From Ophelia neglecta (lineage: Eukaryota), in contig OZ260661.1 in NCBI GenBank assembly GCA_965285935.1, forward strand, positions 93,062,001 to 93,126,000: a stretch of 64,000 nt of DNA, given 5' to 3'. The stretch's first letter is position 1; each line of letters starts with the position of its first letter. Below are positions 27,001 through 39,600 of this stretch, piece by piece. The notes below the pieces were generated by a model. It made no database searches. It worked only from the letters and a program-made list of their open reading frames with translations, and was not told the origin of the DNA. A program made the translations under genes and the position numbers.

Positions 27001-28418
27001 AGGAGCTACTGGGTGGACTGGCCGACCAGGACCGAGTGGAAGCCCTGGACGCACCGGTGGTACTGGACTCACTGGCCCTACTGGCCGCACCGGATCTACA
27101 GGTAATCAATCAGTCTGTGTTTATAATTGATGCAGGTAATTTATAAATAGAATTAAAGATGCAGCTAAGTTGTGTAAGGTCAAATCCGCATAGACAAAGA
27201 ATTTTCATTAACTAAAGCTATGCTTAAAAATATTATTACCTTGTTCATGGTGCATCATTTATTTGCTGTCAATCCGTAGGTGGCACCGGTTTCGCTGGTC
27301 CTAGAGGTCCTCCAGGTCTGAGAGGCGAAAGTGGTCAACCAGGCCGACCAGGCCGTGACGGAGCTTCCGGAGCTACAGGCCCAACAGGTAGAGTACAGCC
27401 AGATGTTCTGATAGCGGGATACGAGCAAAGACAGACGTTGTTAAAGTTGCCTAGTCTAAACTTTTATCTCGTGGAATGATATCCCTTAAAAGGATCCATT
27501 AATTTTTAAATATCCAGGAATTTTTAACAGATTTAAAATATTATTGGCCAAAAAATGTCACTAGATTAGCCTCCGGTTTGAATTTTGTTCGATAACTGTT
27601 GTATTATTTGTTGTGTAGGCCGTACTGGAGCCACCGGAGCCACAGGTCTTGCTGGACGTTTGGGAGCCACTGGATACACTGGCCAGACCGGAGCCACAGG
27701 TTTCACTGGTCAAGCAGGACGACCAGGAGCCGGCTTCCTCGGTAAGACTTTCATATCTATTTCATGTCTCATTCGTTGGAGGAAAGTTTCATAAAGTCAG
27801 GATTGTGTTTGGAGTCACACTAATATTCACTAATGAACAAGAATAAGTAAAGTTCTAAGAATGTTTTGACAAGTTGCCTACCGCCTTTTCCTTTCAGCAA
27901 TGAACAGTAAAATGAACGAAGATGAGCAAGTTGAAAATAAAATCGCCGGCAAGTTAGGCGCGGCCTCCAATACACTGGGCACGACGACGATTGCGCTCGC
28001 CGCCTGGGCCGGTGTGGTGACCATGGCGCTCGCCGGTATGGTGGTGCTAGTCTTCAGGCGAATCCGTCGCGGTGGGGTTACCTGGTCCTCAAAGACCGAC
28101 GCCGAGTCGGGTGTGTCCAGTGAGACCTCCTCCGAGAAGTCCTCCGTCATAGACCTCAATGACGCCCAGTCAATTGCCCAGATGGGCTTCGCCAATGGCG
28201 GTTTGGACGCCGATTTCGAGGAGGAGAATGTGCAGCACGAGGAGGTGGATTTCGACACCGTTGACGGGCTGTACGATGACAACACGTCCGACGTGGCAGA
28301 CGTACACACCGAGGGCAAGCAGCCGCCATCTTTTAGTCGGGCCATCACCAAGAGCAAAAACAGCAACTCGCAAAACCTGCGTGGACTATTTTTACCAGAC
28401 TCGGGCTCATCCTTTTAG
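1..28418 (+). CDS. Giant Gly-X-Y collagen with C-terminal transmembrane anchor (5'-partial; 43 exons, about 7,204 aa in window)
   Basis: Exons bounded by GT/AG, read manually: <1-160, 272-1198, 1314-1538, 1755-2366, 2478-2720, 2899-3159, 3267-3995, 4103-4615, 4726-5166, 5278-5790, 6062-6970, 7124-7564, 7672-8022, 8184-8444, 8559-9017, 9140-9562, 9718-10326, 10421-10735, 10858-11289, 11484-11816, 11979-12518, 12638-13537, 13643-14047, 14228-14695, 14804-15388, 15496-16098, 16382-16840, 17186-17905, 17994-18587, 18700-19293, 19384-19842, 20038-20811, 21141-21590, 21965-22675, 22867-23478, 23661-24263, 24400-24936, 25077-26453, 26630-26845, 27003-27101, 27280-27387, 27619-27741, 27898-28418(stop). 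Sum 21,615 nt. All introns are phase 1, all internal exons are multiples of 3 (38 of 41 multiples of 9), and GC-rich exons alternate with short AT-rich introns. Confidence 0.92.
27990..28070 (+). other. Transmembrane helix plus stop-transfer basic cluster of the collagen (type I topology)
   Basis: [22 protein letters not shown] (22 uncharged, mostly hydrophobic residues) followed directly by RRIRR. The last exon joins in frame through a phase-1 splice (G|CA = Ala, then MNSK...). Confidence 0.85.
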
Positions 28419-30656
28419 ATATGTACAATGTGTAGCTGACTGACTGACAAAACTCACTAACTTATAAATGTCCAATAGCACCCGCCCGAGCGTGCTGCCA
28501 TGAGCAAAGGCATAATCAGAAGTATTGTAGACATTGTTAAATAGCTTCCATACAAGTTGACCTAATTTACTTATACTATAACTAACCGTGATAAGCACTT
28601 TTAGTGATGAAAACTGTAATTGTCGTTGTTCAATACAAATCAAACTTTATTATTAGTTAGGCTATAAATATAGATAATAGGTATAGGGGAAAATAACGCC
28701 TCGATCAGTTGTTTACTGGTAAGTTGGTGCTACGACAATTGTTAGGTTCATCAACCATCTGCCAATTATATTAACATATCAAAGCAACTTACGCCTGCAG
28801 GGGTCACTACCTGTCTTTCAAAAATGAAAATAATCATTATTGGGTGATATGTTTATTTTATGGATCTGATATTTTTCACTTTAAGAGTCTTAATGCATCT
28901 TGAAACTCATAGATCTGCTTTAATTCAGCGAGACATACATGGTAGTACTTGAATCATTTTTGGGCAAAATTCAATGAAGTCACGCTAAGTTGTATTCATT
29001 GGTTATTTGCAGCTAAGACGCCTTCTTGCCAAGTGGCCACAGTGTTGAATAATGGCTTTAATAATAATTAAAAAAATGATTTGCTGTTAGAAAACATCGT
29101 TATATATGTATATTGTTATTTTGTTACCATCTTAATTAATTAAATATCCATTGTTGCTGCCATCTTTTATCACACGAAAAGAAGAGTCCATGACATATAC
29201 AACACTCGTGAGCTTCAGTCCCAATCATTTTCATTTATGTTATTGCAGTCTAAAACAGGGCAAGTTTCCTTTACTATTTTGTACATATGAAACTCATTTT
29301 AAAGCATCCAGTTTCTGGAACATACGAACGTCTCTGGCATTAGCTTCGTTGTAATAAACAAATTAACGAAATAAAAATAATTTACATTAATTTTGTGTTT
29401 TTCGTGCATCTTTTTAAAGTTGAAAGAATGTTTAACAACAATATTCATAAGAATATGCTTCTACTTGAATTTAAGATTATTTGAACTTAATGTAAGCGAA
29501 TTAAATGTTAAAACCAATATAGAAGGCGTGTAATACCCTAACAATTTTATAACCTAGTTCTACTCGACCAGAATTTCAAATGGAAAACAAACAGCTTATC
29601 ATGAAAACAAGCCAATTAATTTTTCAAATTATTGCTATAATGAATAATCTAAAGATTTATTTTGCATTCAAATATCAAGAAATTAGTTTATAGTAAACTA
29701 GCATTATAGTGTCTTATATACTGTCCTGATATGGTCTAATATAGTGTAAATAATCTATTTTGAGCGAAGAGCAACATTACATAAAAAAGAATTATTGACA
29801 AACAGCAGAGGAGGGTATATATATAGATAAATATATATAGTTAGAAGGCACCGACGTATACAATGGCTTAAACTGGACGAGAAAAATAATGAGAAAGGGC
29901 GCCCAGACTGTCTTTAAATAGCACTAAACACTAAACAAACAGGTATTTTAATGCGCATGTCACCCACCAGACCGGTCGGTTTCACGCCGACCCCAGAAAT
30001 AGCTTTTTATTTATACCGTATCAAAGTTTGATGATCGCATACTGCTATCACACGACAGCCTTTGAAAGCATTCACTGTACATAGACATTTTATGATCAGA
30101 CACATTTTTCTCTGATCTCTGACGTTAGAACACGTCCAATCTTACAGCCACATTGCTGTTACTGGTATCGAGTTATTAAGAGTGTTTCAACATGATACAT
30201 TTATTTATCAGACACAAAGGCCTAAATAGGTTAATTCCGTGCCCATATATAGAGTAAATACAAGTTAGTTCGCGCCATGTTTAATTCCATTACCTATCAT
30301 TGGTCCACTAACCCTTGTCGCGCCCGTTGTGTGGGGTAAGGGACTGACTGCATGGAAATAAATGATGCGCCAAATTACACAAATTTACCCTATGATCTAT
30401 GTGATTTCACGTACGATAACTGCAAAAATGTTATATAAAGCTCAAGTTAAATTCATCTTAAAACGTTGTGAATATCCCGTCATCATTTTAAAAGTAGTAG
30501 CCTAACTATAAAACTAAACACCGTTGCATTTTTTATATAGAACAGGTACTGTCAGTGCACTACTATCACACTACCTGTTAGCAAGTACAGAATTAAAGGT
30601 TCGACGAAATATGTTTTTCACTGACTCCTAAAGGTTTATATTATGATTGATTATTA

Positions 30657-33600
30657 TTATGTTTGGGTGGACAACTTCATTGGCACAACTCCGAACAGTT
30701 TGGCGATGTCGTTCTGCAAATAAAGATAACGTTTGGTTACAGTCAAACAGTCCAACCTCTTTCTACGACACTATATAGTCTGGCTTGGTATTCATTGTGT
30801 CTCCGGATACCTCTCGGCAATGCTTACCGTTAGCTTCATTTTTATAATATTTACACAAGACAAAAGTAGTGTCAAAAGTGGTTGGCACAACTAACCGCAT
30901 ATTTGATTTGGTTAGGATGGTACGGTATTCCTCCGCGCTCGTCGCACTCTTTCATGTGATGTCGTTCGGGGTCACCAGGCACCAAAACGCTCCTATCTCC
31001 GGCCTGAAAGTAGTTTGAAGCTGAAGTTTGGAAATGCTGTTCTAGGTTCATCCGCGATTGGTATTGAAATTTATGTACTCCCCCAAAAAAGGCATATATA
31101 AACCTATTATCATTGTTCTCATATGGGATATAAGAATCTGGTAAGTCTGTAAGCTAAAGTTGATAAAGGGAGTTCACAAAATTCTAGTTGAGCATAGGCA
31201 TGCCCTGATGTGACACTTGTACGGAGGGGGGGGGGATAAATGGCATACCTATAGGGTGATTGTGTCTAAAATGAGGACTTGGGTCAAGTTGGCTTTTGAT
31301 TCGAAATGTAGATATCGTCAATTAGTTAAAAACCTCGAGTCGTTCTGTACTACTCGTCGCCACCCGCCGATTCGGGTTACCGTACGCCACTTTCCGTGCC
31401 CAGTTCCCTTTTTTGGCCACAGACTTACCGGCTCTAGGTTCCTACAGGCGTTGTTTAATGCGCTCATCCGTCCTTCAAATCCTGGAGAGAAGTTCTTTGG
31501 GTCGATGGCCATAAAACATTGTCCCTGTACAATGTGGGGGTATTGCAATACAAAATAAACGTTAATGTCATAACAAGCAATAAACCTTCTGTATCACTTA
31601 TTGCCAAGAGAGATTCCATTCAATGAAAAACGTAGTAAGCAAAAAAAACTATTTCTAATTTGTTATAGGATTTTTTTTTTTTGAACTAATGGTGCTCTTT
31701 TTTTTCTCCAAAAATATGAACCCAAATTGGCAGCCGACATGCGAAAATTAAACAATTCTCTTTATAGCTCTGAAATATTATGTCGTAAATTTGTCACAGC
31801 AGTGTCATTTCCCGAAGACCAATATAGCCAGATTATTATTACATCCTAAACAAGCTATTAAGCCCATAGTCCTGCATGGTTTACCATAAAAAATCAAAAT
31901 ATTCCCTTTATAGTTTGAAGAATTTGGCTAGTTAGGTATCTACACCAACCGCCATATCCTAGCTTGTTAACACTCACCAAGTTAGCAATTTCGGAGCTTG
32001 GCCCCCATTGTCTGATGTTGGGTCCGAAATTGGCTCCGCCTAATATCCCACAAAGAACTTCAACCATCATAGCCAGACCGTAGCCCTTGTAACCTCCTTC
32101 AAGACAGACACTAGGACTTAGGTGAAACATTTAAATCTGCGTTTTTATCTCGCCTTTAACACCCGTAATGGTATGGAGATTGCCATGGGGAAGTATGGGA
32201 GATGTGAAAGTTACCAAAAGTCCGTTTGCGTTGAGCGACTGTGACGAATATTGACACAATTAAAACAAATGTGGTATATTATAAAATGCCATCGAAAATT
32301 AAGCTCGCAGTTTGTTCGGTATGATAACAGATAGGCCTAGATGTAATTTTGACCAAAGTTATCCCTTAAACAAGAAGTACTAGATGTATAAATCACCTGC
32401 CCTGGCTCATCGCAAGCAACTGAACCATGAATAAATACTAGCGCTATATTAAAATTATTTTCTTCAGGTTAACCCAGAAAATAAACGTTCACTATCAAAT
32501 GTGAAAAGGTGAGCTTACTGCGAACGGTATTGAATACATTTCAGGCAAGATATAATTAATGTAGAATAAGTTATTTTTCATAATGCTGTCAAGTGGATAT
32601 AGAAAGCTCTGTGAATGACTTTACGGATTACAAGTCACATAATGAAAGGTGTTATCATTTGATTCATTCCCACCATAGGCCTACCAGATTCCTCGGTTCC
32701 TCCTAGAGGTAGTAACCCGCCTCTATGCAAAGCCTCACAAGGGTCGTGTGTCTCCTATAGATAAACGAGAAAAAAAAATTATCCCACTATTGAATACATT
32801 TCCGGCAAAATGGAAATAAATTCCGATTGGTAAGTGACCACAAAAATTAACCTTTTCATGATTGATATGACATTAAAACATGGGACACGTTATTGTTGGA
32901 TAAATGGGTACAATACTTGAGGATTAAATACTTTGAACCCTACTTTTCCTTCGCCATCACACCCCCAACCAGACGGAATATTCCTTCCACATCGCTCCGC
33001 GATTTCCAACTGATCAAGGATAATTAATGATTAAGTTCATCCACAATTAATATTAATAAATCGGTTGACTCATATCATGGCTCGGCTGTTTTCACTTAAA
33101 TAATTAGTTACAATATAGGTTAGTCCTCAGATTTTATATAAGTTATGCAAGTAATTAAGGTCTGAACTTTTCCCTGGGCGACCGATGTTGTAGCCATATC
33201 CAGAACCATGCTGTCGCTGTTTTCTGCAGGTGCGGCTAGGGAAATGGGGTTGGTTCCTAGGGCTGGCTGGGAATATAACAAGAAAAATTTAGCAGAGGGT
33301 CATTGACTGGACGGCCGTTTTGTCGGTGGCCCGCACAAATTTACAAATTCTACGGTCAGCTCGTTTATGTTAGCTAAACCAAGAAGAGGAGGAGAAAGGG
33401 CTTATCTCGGAGGATTGGGAGGAATAATTTTTGGATCGCGTTGAGGTCTGAAATTGAGATTTTTGTGCAATATTTTATCATTTCTTCCCACAAAAGCCCA
33501 TCTTATCGCCCAGAAGAACGATAATACAAGTGAAAGACCTGCTCTTATTAAACTTAAAAGCTGTGAAAGCCAGAATTGCTGTGCAGTTTTCCCGCCGATG

Positions 33601-36600
33601 TGTGAAAGCCTCGTTGTTTTTACACCCAATCCGGTCATCCACCAATGGGCAGAGGCCTTGAAGATCCAGTAGTGTAGAACTGTCACGCTTGGCTACATGT
33701 ACTTTATTATGTTCCACGAGTGTACTACTAACCTGAATCTGTCTGGCACCATATAGGCCTAAAACTACTCGTAACGACGCTAGGGACTAAGGCTCGTTAC
33801 AAATATGTCAAGTGACGTCTCAAATTCTGATTCTGAGGCGGAATCTCAGTACGAAGCTACACAAACAGAAAGTGATATCTTTAAAGAAATAAAAGAAACC
33901 TATGGACAACTACCAAGAAATGATTTTGTCAATGATCTTCGTAAGAAATTCGACTTTGATGACCTGAGGCACCATAGAGGTGCTCTCTATGATTATTGTA
34001 GAACCCATGTTGAAGGCACGCCACAAGGGCAATTGATTAAAAGACGATCGGAACAAATGGTCGCAGAGGACATATACATCCTCTTTCACTACGCTGAAGG
34101 AGATCGTTCACCCGATTTGGTTAAGATGCTTAACTCAGCATCTCGGAAAATCCTACTTAGCCAAACTATGGAAAGCAAAACATCTCCCATTGACGAGTCC
34201 GACCCACCCAACGCAGCAAGTGAAGCCGAGGACGTAGAAAGTGGAGGGGAGTTGGAAATATCACAGGACTCCTCTCCTGAGAATAGCCCTCGGGAGACTG
34301 AACAAGTTGAGTTGATCGCATTATGTAGAGAACTAATAAATGTGATTCAAAAAGAAAAAAGTGATTTCCTGTCTGAGATAAATGACTTAAAGATGGACAA
34401 TGCTCGTCTTAAACAGCGCATCGAAACACTCGAAGAAAATCATAAAATATCTTTACAACAAGCTGGTGAAATAAGGGCAAATTTCAATGGTCTGAATACC
34501 GCCGTGGACAAAGAAATAGCCGCTATCAGAGCATCACTTGTAACCAGGTGTGAAAACCTAGACAAAAGGCTCAAGTCTCAGAATTCTCTGACTTCAGAGA
34601 GAGAAAATTCACACACTGAGGCTGTGTTGGTTAACCAGACTGGCGTGTTAACTGATAACCTCACACGTACCTTGGACACTATCACCGACCTCGCCAACAA
34701 ACGAGCACTGGCATCGGAGAAACTGGAACAGGAGATGAGAAACATCACCGGGTCTATGAAAGAGAACGTTGTTGGTCTCCAAGCCAGAGTCCACTCCCTC
34801 TCTGACACAGTGACACAGATGTTGATGAGAGGGCCCAGGGGGCCACCAACTCCACCCATGACATATATTAGACCCCCGCCTCCTGTCCCTCACACTACAC
34901 ATCTACCGATCAATCCAGTTGGAATGGGCCTGCCGAACAAGGAGCCACTGCCCGTCTTGATCAGACAAGAACATTCGCCGGCTAGTGTTCTCGGCTCATG
35001 TCAAGCGCAGACAAAAAATGTGGAGAGCAGATCTCAAGGTTCAGGCCAGAAACAGGAGAGTACCAGTCAGGATAGGCCCTCCGAGATTGACGTGTCGTCT
35101 CCCCCACTGGCTTGCAGTTCTCAGCCTGTTGAGGAAAACCCGTGTAATTCGGTTGAAAATGACAGTAGGGTACAGTCTGAGAACACTAACATTATAACAC
35201 CTAGCTTGGCGTGTGACGAGCCAGCGACTGATCCGAGCGATTCACTCGAGGCGTTTCAAACTGTAAGAAGAAAGAGTAAAAATAGAGTTTTATATGTTGG
35301 TAATTTCAGAACAAGCTCTCTCGAAATGGCAAAAACAAAAATTGTTAATTATCTTTCAACAAGAAATGTATTTGTTAAGCAGTGTTATTCTCTTAGAGTC
35401 ACTGAAGAAGGATCTGGTTCTGTACGTGTAACAATACCTGCTGAGTCTGTAGCAACGCTGCTGACTAAGGGGTTTTGGCCTACAGGTGTTAGATGTCGTG
35501 AGTGGAAATTTGACGATTCTACTGCTTAATTATGGAACATACACTACGCATTATTTCTTATAACTGCTGGGGCGCAATGGCGTCTGCAATGTACTTATAT
35601 TACTTGATAAATATTTGTGATATTATGTGTATTCAGGAACACCATCTTAGTGCCTGCAATGCTGATTTTATGCGAACATTACATAGTGAGTTTAATTCTT
35701 TTGTGATAATTGATAGTCGCATGCAGGAGCTGAAGCATGGCAGGGCTGGTGGAATGGCCATTTTATGGCGCAAATCACTAGATTTTATGGTGTCTAAAAT
35801 TAATGATATATGTGATGACAGAATAATGGGCATTAAGGTGCATACGGCAAATACTGAAAAGAGTCTGTATATCTTTAATGTTTATATGCCAAGTAGTAAC
35901 TACTGTGAAGAAAGCTATCATGACTACTTGATCAAAATACAATCTTTAGTTAACTACTATAATCAAGAAGGCATGTGTGTTCTAGCTGGTGACTTAAATG
36001 CTCAAATGGGCAGATTAGCCGGTTCGCGTGGAAAAGAGCCGTGTACAAGGCGCGGCAAGGCATTGTCTGTTGTGTTAAATGAAATCAGTCTTCTGTCAGT
36101 AGTATGTCAGTCACTGTGTCAAGGTCCATTAGAAACTTTTCTTAAACATGGTACTAGCGATGGTACGCAAATAGACCATATCTGTGTCCCACCTGTCCTA
36201 TTAGAGAATGTAGTAAAATGTAATGTTTTTAAAGACTGTGTATCAAACACCTCAGACCATCTTCCTGTTTACTGTGAGCTTAATGTCTCCGTACCGCGCT
36301 ACTATGTAACAGAGGTTGACAGAGGTTATCTGAATTGGAAGTTGAGCGATATCCATTTATATCGTTCTACGTTAGAGATGGCAATCGAACCTATTGCAAA
36401 TAGATATGAATCAAATAGGTTACAGTCTCCTAGTGAAGTAAGTCTGATAGACAGTGTGTTGGAAGAGGCGATAAAAACTGTAAACAATGTAGCCGGGAAT
36501 TGCATACCTGTATCGCATAAGCCCCACTATCAAAAGCCCTACTGGGATACTGAATTGAACACACTTCATCGAAACCAAGTCCACTTCAGGCGCAGGTGGA

Positions 36601-39600
36601 TCGATGCAGGCAAGCCTAGAGGCAACGGGTTCCTACCATACAAGGAGTATAAAAAGGCGAAAACACAATTTAGGATAGCCCAGTATGTTAAAATTCGGCA
36701 GAGATTGGATGAGAGGACTGACAAAGTAGCATCCGACACCTCCCTAGAAGCATTCTGGCGCTATGTCCGCAGTAAACGAGTCACAGATGAAGGGCTCCAT
36801 CTAATAAAATCACAGGGAGTGACTTATTCGACTCCGGTTGACCTCCGAAATATGTGGGCCTCGCATTTTGAGACGCTTTTGAATGAGCAAGTTAATGAGT
36901 CAGACTGTTTTGATAATGATTTTGCCAATACTGTGAAAAGTGAACTGCAGATTTGTACAGAATCAGCTGATTCGCCAGAGCATGATTGTGACATTCCGTT
37001 GGAATCTATCTCTGCAGAAGAAGTGGAAAAGATAGCAAAATCTCTCCCCAACGGCAAGGCATCGGGACGAGATGGACTAGTTTATGAGCACCTGAAATAC
37101 GGAAGTCGCAGCTTATATAAACTACTGGCAATGCTCTATAATGATATCATTCTCACATGCCATATACCTCGTTCCTTGAAGCAAGGTGTGATTGTCCCCC
37201 TCTACAAGGGTAAAAAGAAGGACAAGACGGACAAAAACTCATACAGGGGTATATCTCTGATGTCAGTCTTGAACAAACTCTTGGAAAAAATTGTTATGAC
37301 GCGTTTAGAGCCCTGGATGGAAGAGAACTGTTTCCCCGGTCCACTGCAACATTGCAAAAGACTGTCAAATAATGTACTCCTGTCTTTCAGTGTACAGGAG
37401 AGCATTCGGTTTTTCAATGAACGCGGAGGCAAAGTATTTGCTGCATTTCTTGATATAGAAAAAGCTTTTGATCGAGTATGGTGGGACGGTCTACTACTCA
37501 AGCTGTTTAAGCTTGGGATTCGCGGCTGGCTGTGGAGATTGATCAGGGAATGGCTTGATGGCTCAAGTTCGTGTGTTTGGGTAAGCGGAGAATATTCTGA
37601 CTACTTCCCAGTCACACGTAGCATTAAACAGGGTGGAGTATTATCAACATTGTTTATGGCTATAGCCTACTACGATCTACATGAAACGATGACACAAACA
37701 GGAGACGGACTCCAAGTCAGAGGAGTGGACGTTGGAACTCCTACACTGGCAGATGACACTGCACTCCTCTCTGCTACACATGACGGCCTTCAAAGGATGC
37801 TGGATATGGCCGGAGAATATAGCCGTAAATGGAGGTTAATTTTCTCGCCATCAAAAAGTCAAGTCGTTGTATTTGGAGAAAGCACTGCTCAACATAGAAA
37901 AAACAAAGAAAATCGCCAATGGTATCTTAATGGCAAACCCATTGAAGAAGTTTTTAGACTTACCCATGTTGGAATAGAACTGTCGGCAAATTTTGTCTCT
38001 AGTTCTCGGACAGATTCAATGTGTAAAAAGGGTAGGCAGTTATTTGGGGGGCTGTCTGGCATTGGTGTCGTCAATAACCGGCTTAACCCATTAACGTCGT
38101 CGAAAGTGTGGACACAAATATGTCTCCCTTCGATGTTACATGGCGCTGAAATCTGGAATGACCTGTCGATATCAGAGAACAGCCAACTGGAAGTTGTCCA
38201 TCGGAAAGCAGCGAAATCCATACAAGGTTTCTTACCACGGACGCACACAGAGATTGCTTTGTCAGCCATTGGCTGGACCTCTATCGAAGCGATCATAGAC
38301 CAGAAAAAGCTCATGTTCATGCTAAAACTCGCCACACTTCCACAGACTCACCTAGCTGCGCCATTGTTTGAAATTCGACTCCAGAATTATGACTGCACCG
38401 ATACCAAAGATAGTTGTAAAGGTTTCGTGCCCGATGTTATGAGAATTCTCCAAAAATATGATCTGCAGGAAAGTTGGTTGCAATTTTATTCCTCCCTAAG
38501 TTTCCCTACAAAACAAACGTGGAAGCAAATTGTAAAGGAGGCGATTGCATCCAAAGAGTCAGTCCAGCGAAATTCTGTTGCTATTTCAAAGCCTGGTTGC
38601 GCTATGTTTCAAAAAATACATCCGCATTTTATTGAAACTCCTTTTGTTTTGTATGAGATTGCGAAGGTCAGTCCATCTTTACTTAATAATGTCATGAATC
38701 TGGTATATCTCTTCTCACTGTTTAATGATAATTTAGAAGTCTCGTGTGTATTGTGTGACGAGTATGTAATTAACCCGTTTGAACACATGTTTTGTGACGG
38801 AGGGTGCCTAGTCCTCACTGATTTGAGGAATATACTGTGGGAAGACATAGTAAATTTACTAGGGCCGGCAGACTTTGTCATGCTGTATAATCTGTCAGAC
38901 TCTCCACGGCTAGTCCCAGTCTTCCTTGGGAATGATGAAAGTTGTCAGATGGTAAATAGTTATGTTGACCTAGTCGAACTAGTCGTAACTACCTTCGGAA
39001 GATATGCCAAGGTAATGTTTTCATATTCGTATATACCAGATTGATTGATTCGTATATAGCAGATCTATTGAATTGTAACGCTATGAATGCCACTATGTCT
39101 GTTGAATGTAATTATCTTTGAATTGTAACGCTTTGAATGCCACTATATCTGTTGAATGTATTTATCTTTGAATGTCATAATGTCTACGGAATATATCCTT
39201 AAATTGATAAGTTGCTGAATATTGTGCCCGCTGAATTGTATATATGTTTACTATATGTAGCTCTGATTTAGTTCAGGAGAATAAACTTATAATAAACTTA
39301 TAATATAATAATAAATCCCACAGCCTTACCTTTCTGGCCCTGGTTGGCACCAAGAAGGGAATGGTGTTGCAGAATGCCATACCCTATTCGTATAGTTCAG
39401 GACATTCTCATTCATTAAAACAATAGTCATTTTTATCCACTTATGTTAACTGATTAGCAAAGGACTAGTTAGGAACTTATAAGATTAGATGACGTTTTAA
39501 CTTTGAAAAACATAACATCACCGCTCTGCTTCGATGTTTATTAGCCACAAAATGCGATGATTTAACCGTTTGAATATAGCGCATGGTAATAATTAACGAT

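Larger units (their letters stand above)
33289..39315 (+). mobile_element. Full-length non-LTR retrotransposon (APE-type LINE; possibly RTEX or CR1/L2 group, clade not resolved) in intron 5 of Ldh_2 paralog 1, antisense to host
   Basis: About 515-bp 5' UTR, ORF1, ORF2, 3' UTR ending GGAGAATAAACTTATAATAAACTTATAATATAATAATAAA. Boundaries set by where similarity to the paralog 2 intron stops (after ...AAGAAAAAT) and resumes (TCCCAC...CTTACC). No TSD seen. Confidence 0.9.

Noticed and set aside
1-27741. A cluster of many small separate collagen genes, or a bacterial/viral collagen-like locus
   Set aside because: Every block is bounded by AG and GT in the same phase, none has its own signal peptide or in-frame stop, and only one terminal exon is present.
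27878-28443. Overlapping ORFs at 27878-28366 (-), 28159-28443 (+) and 28170-28373 (-)
   Set aside because: They are by-products of the GC-rich terminal collagen exon, with no independent support.
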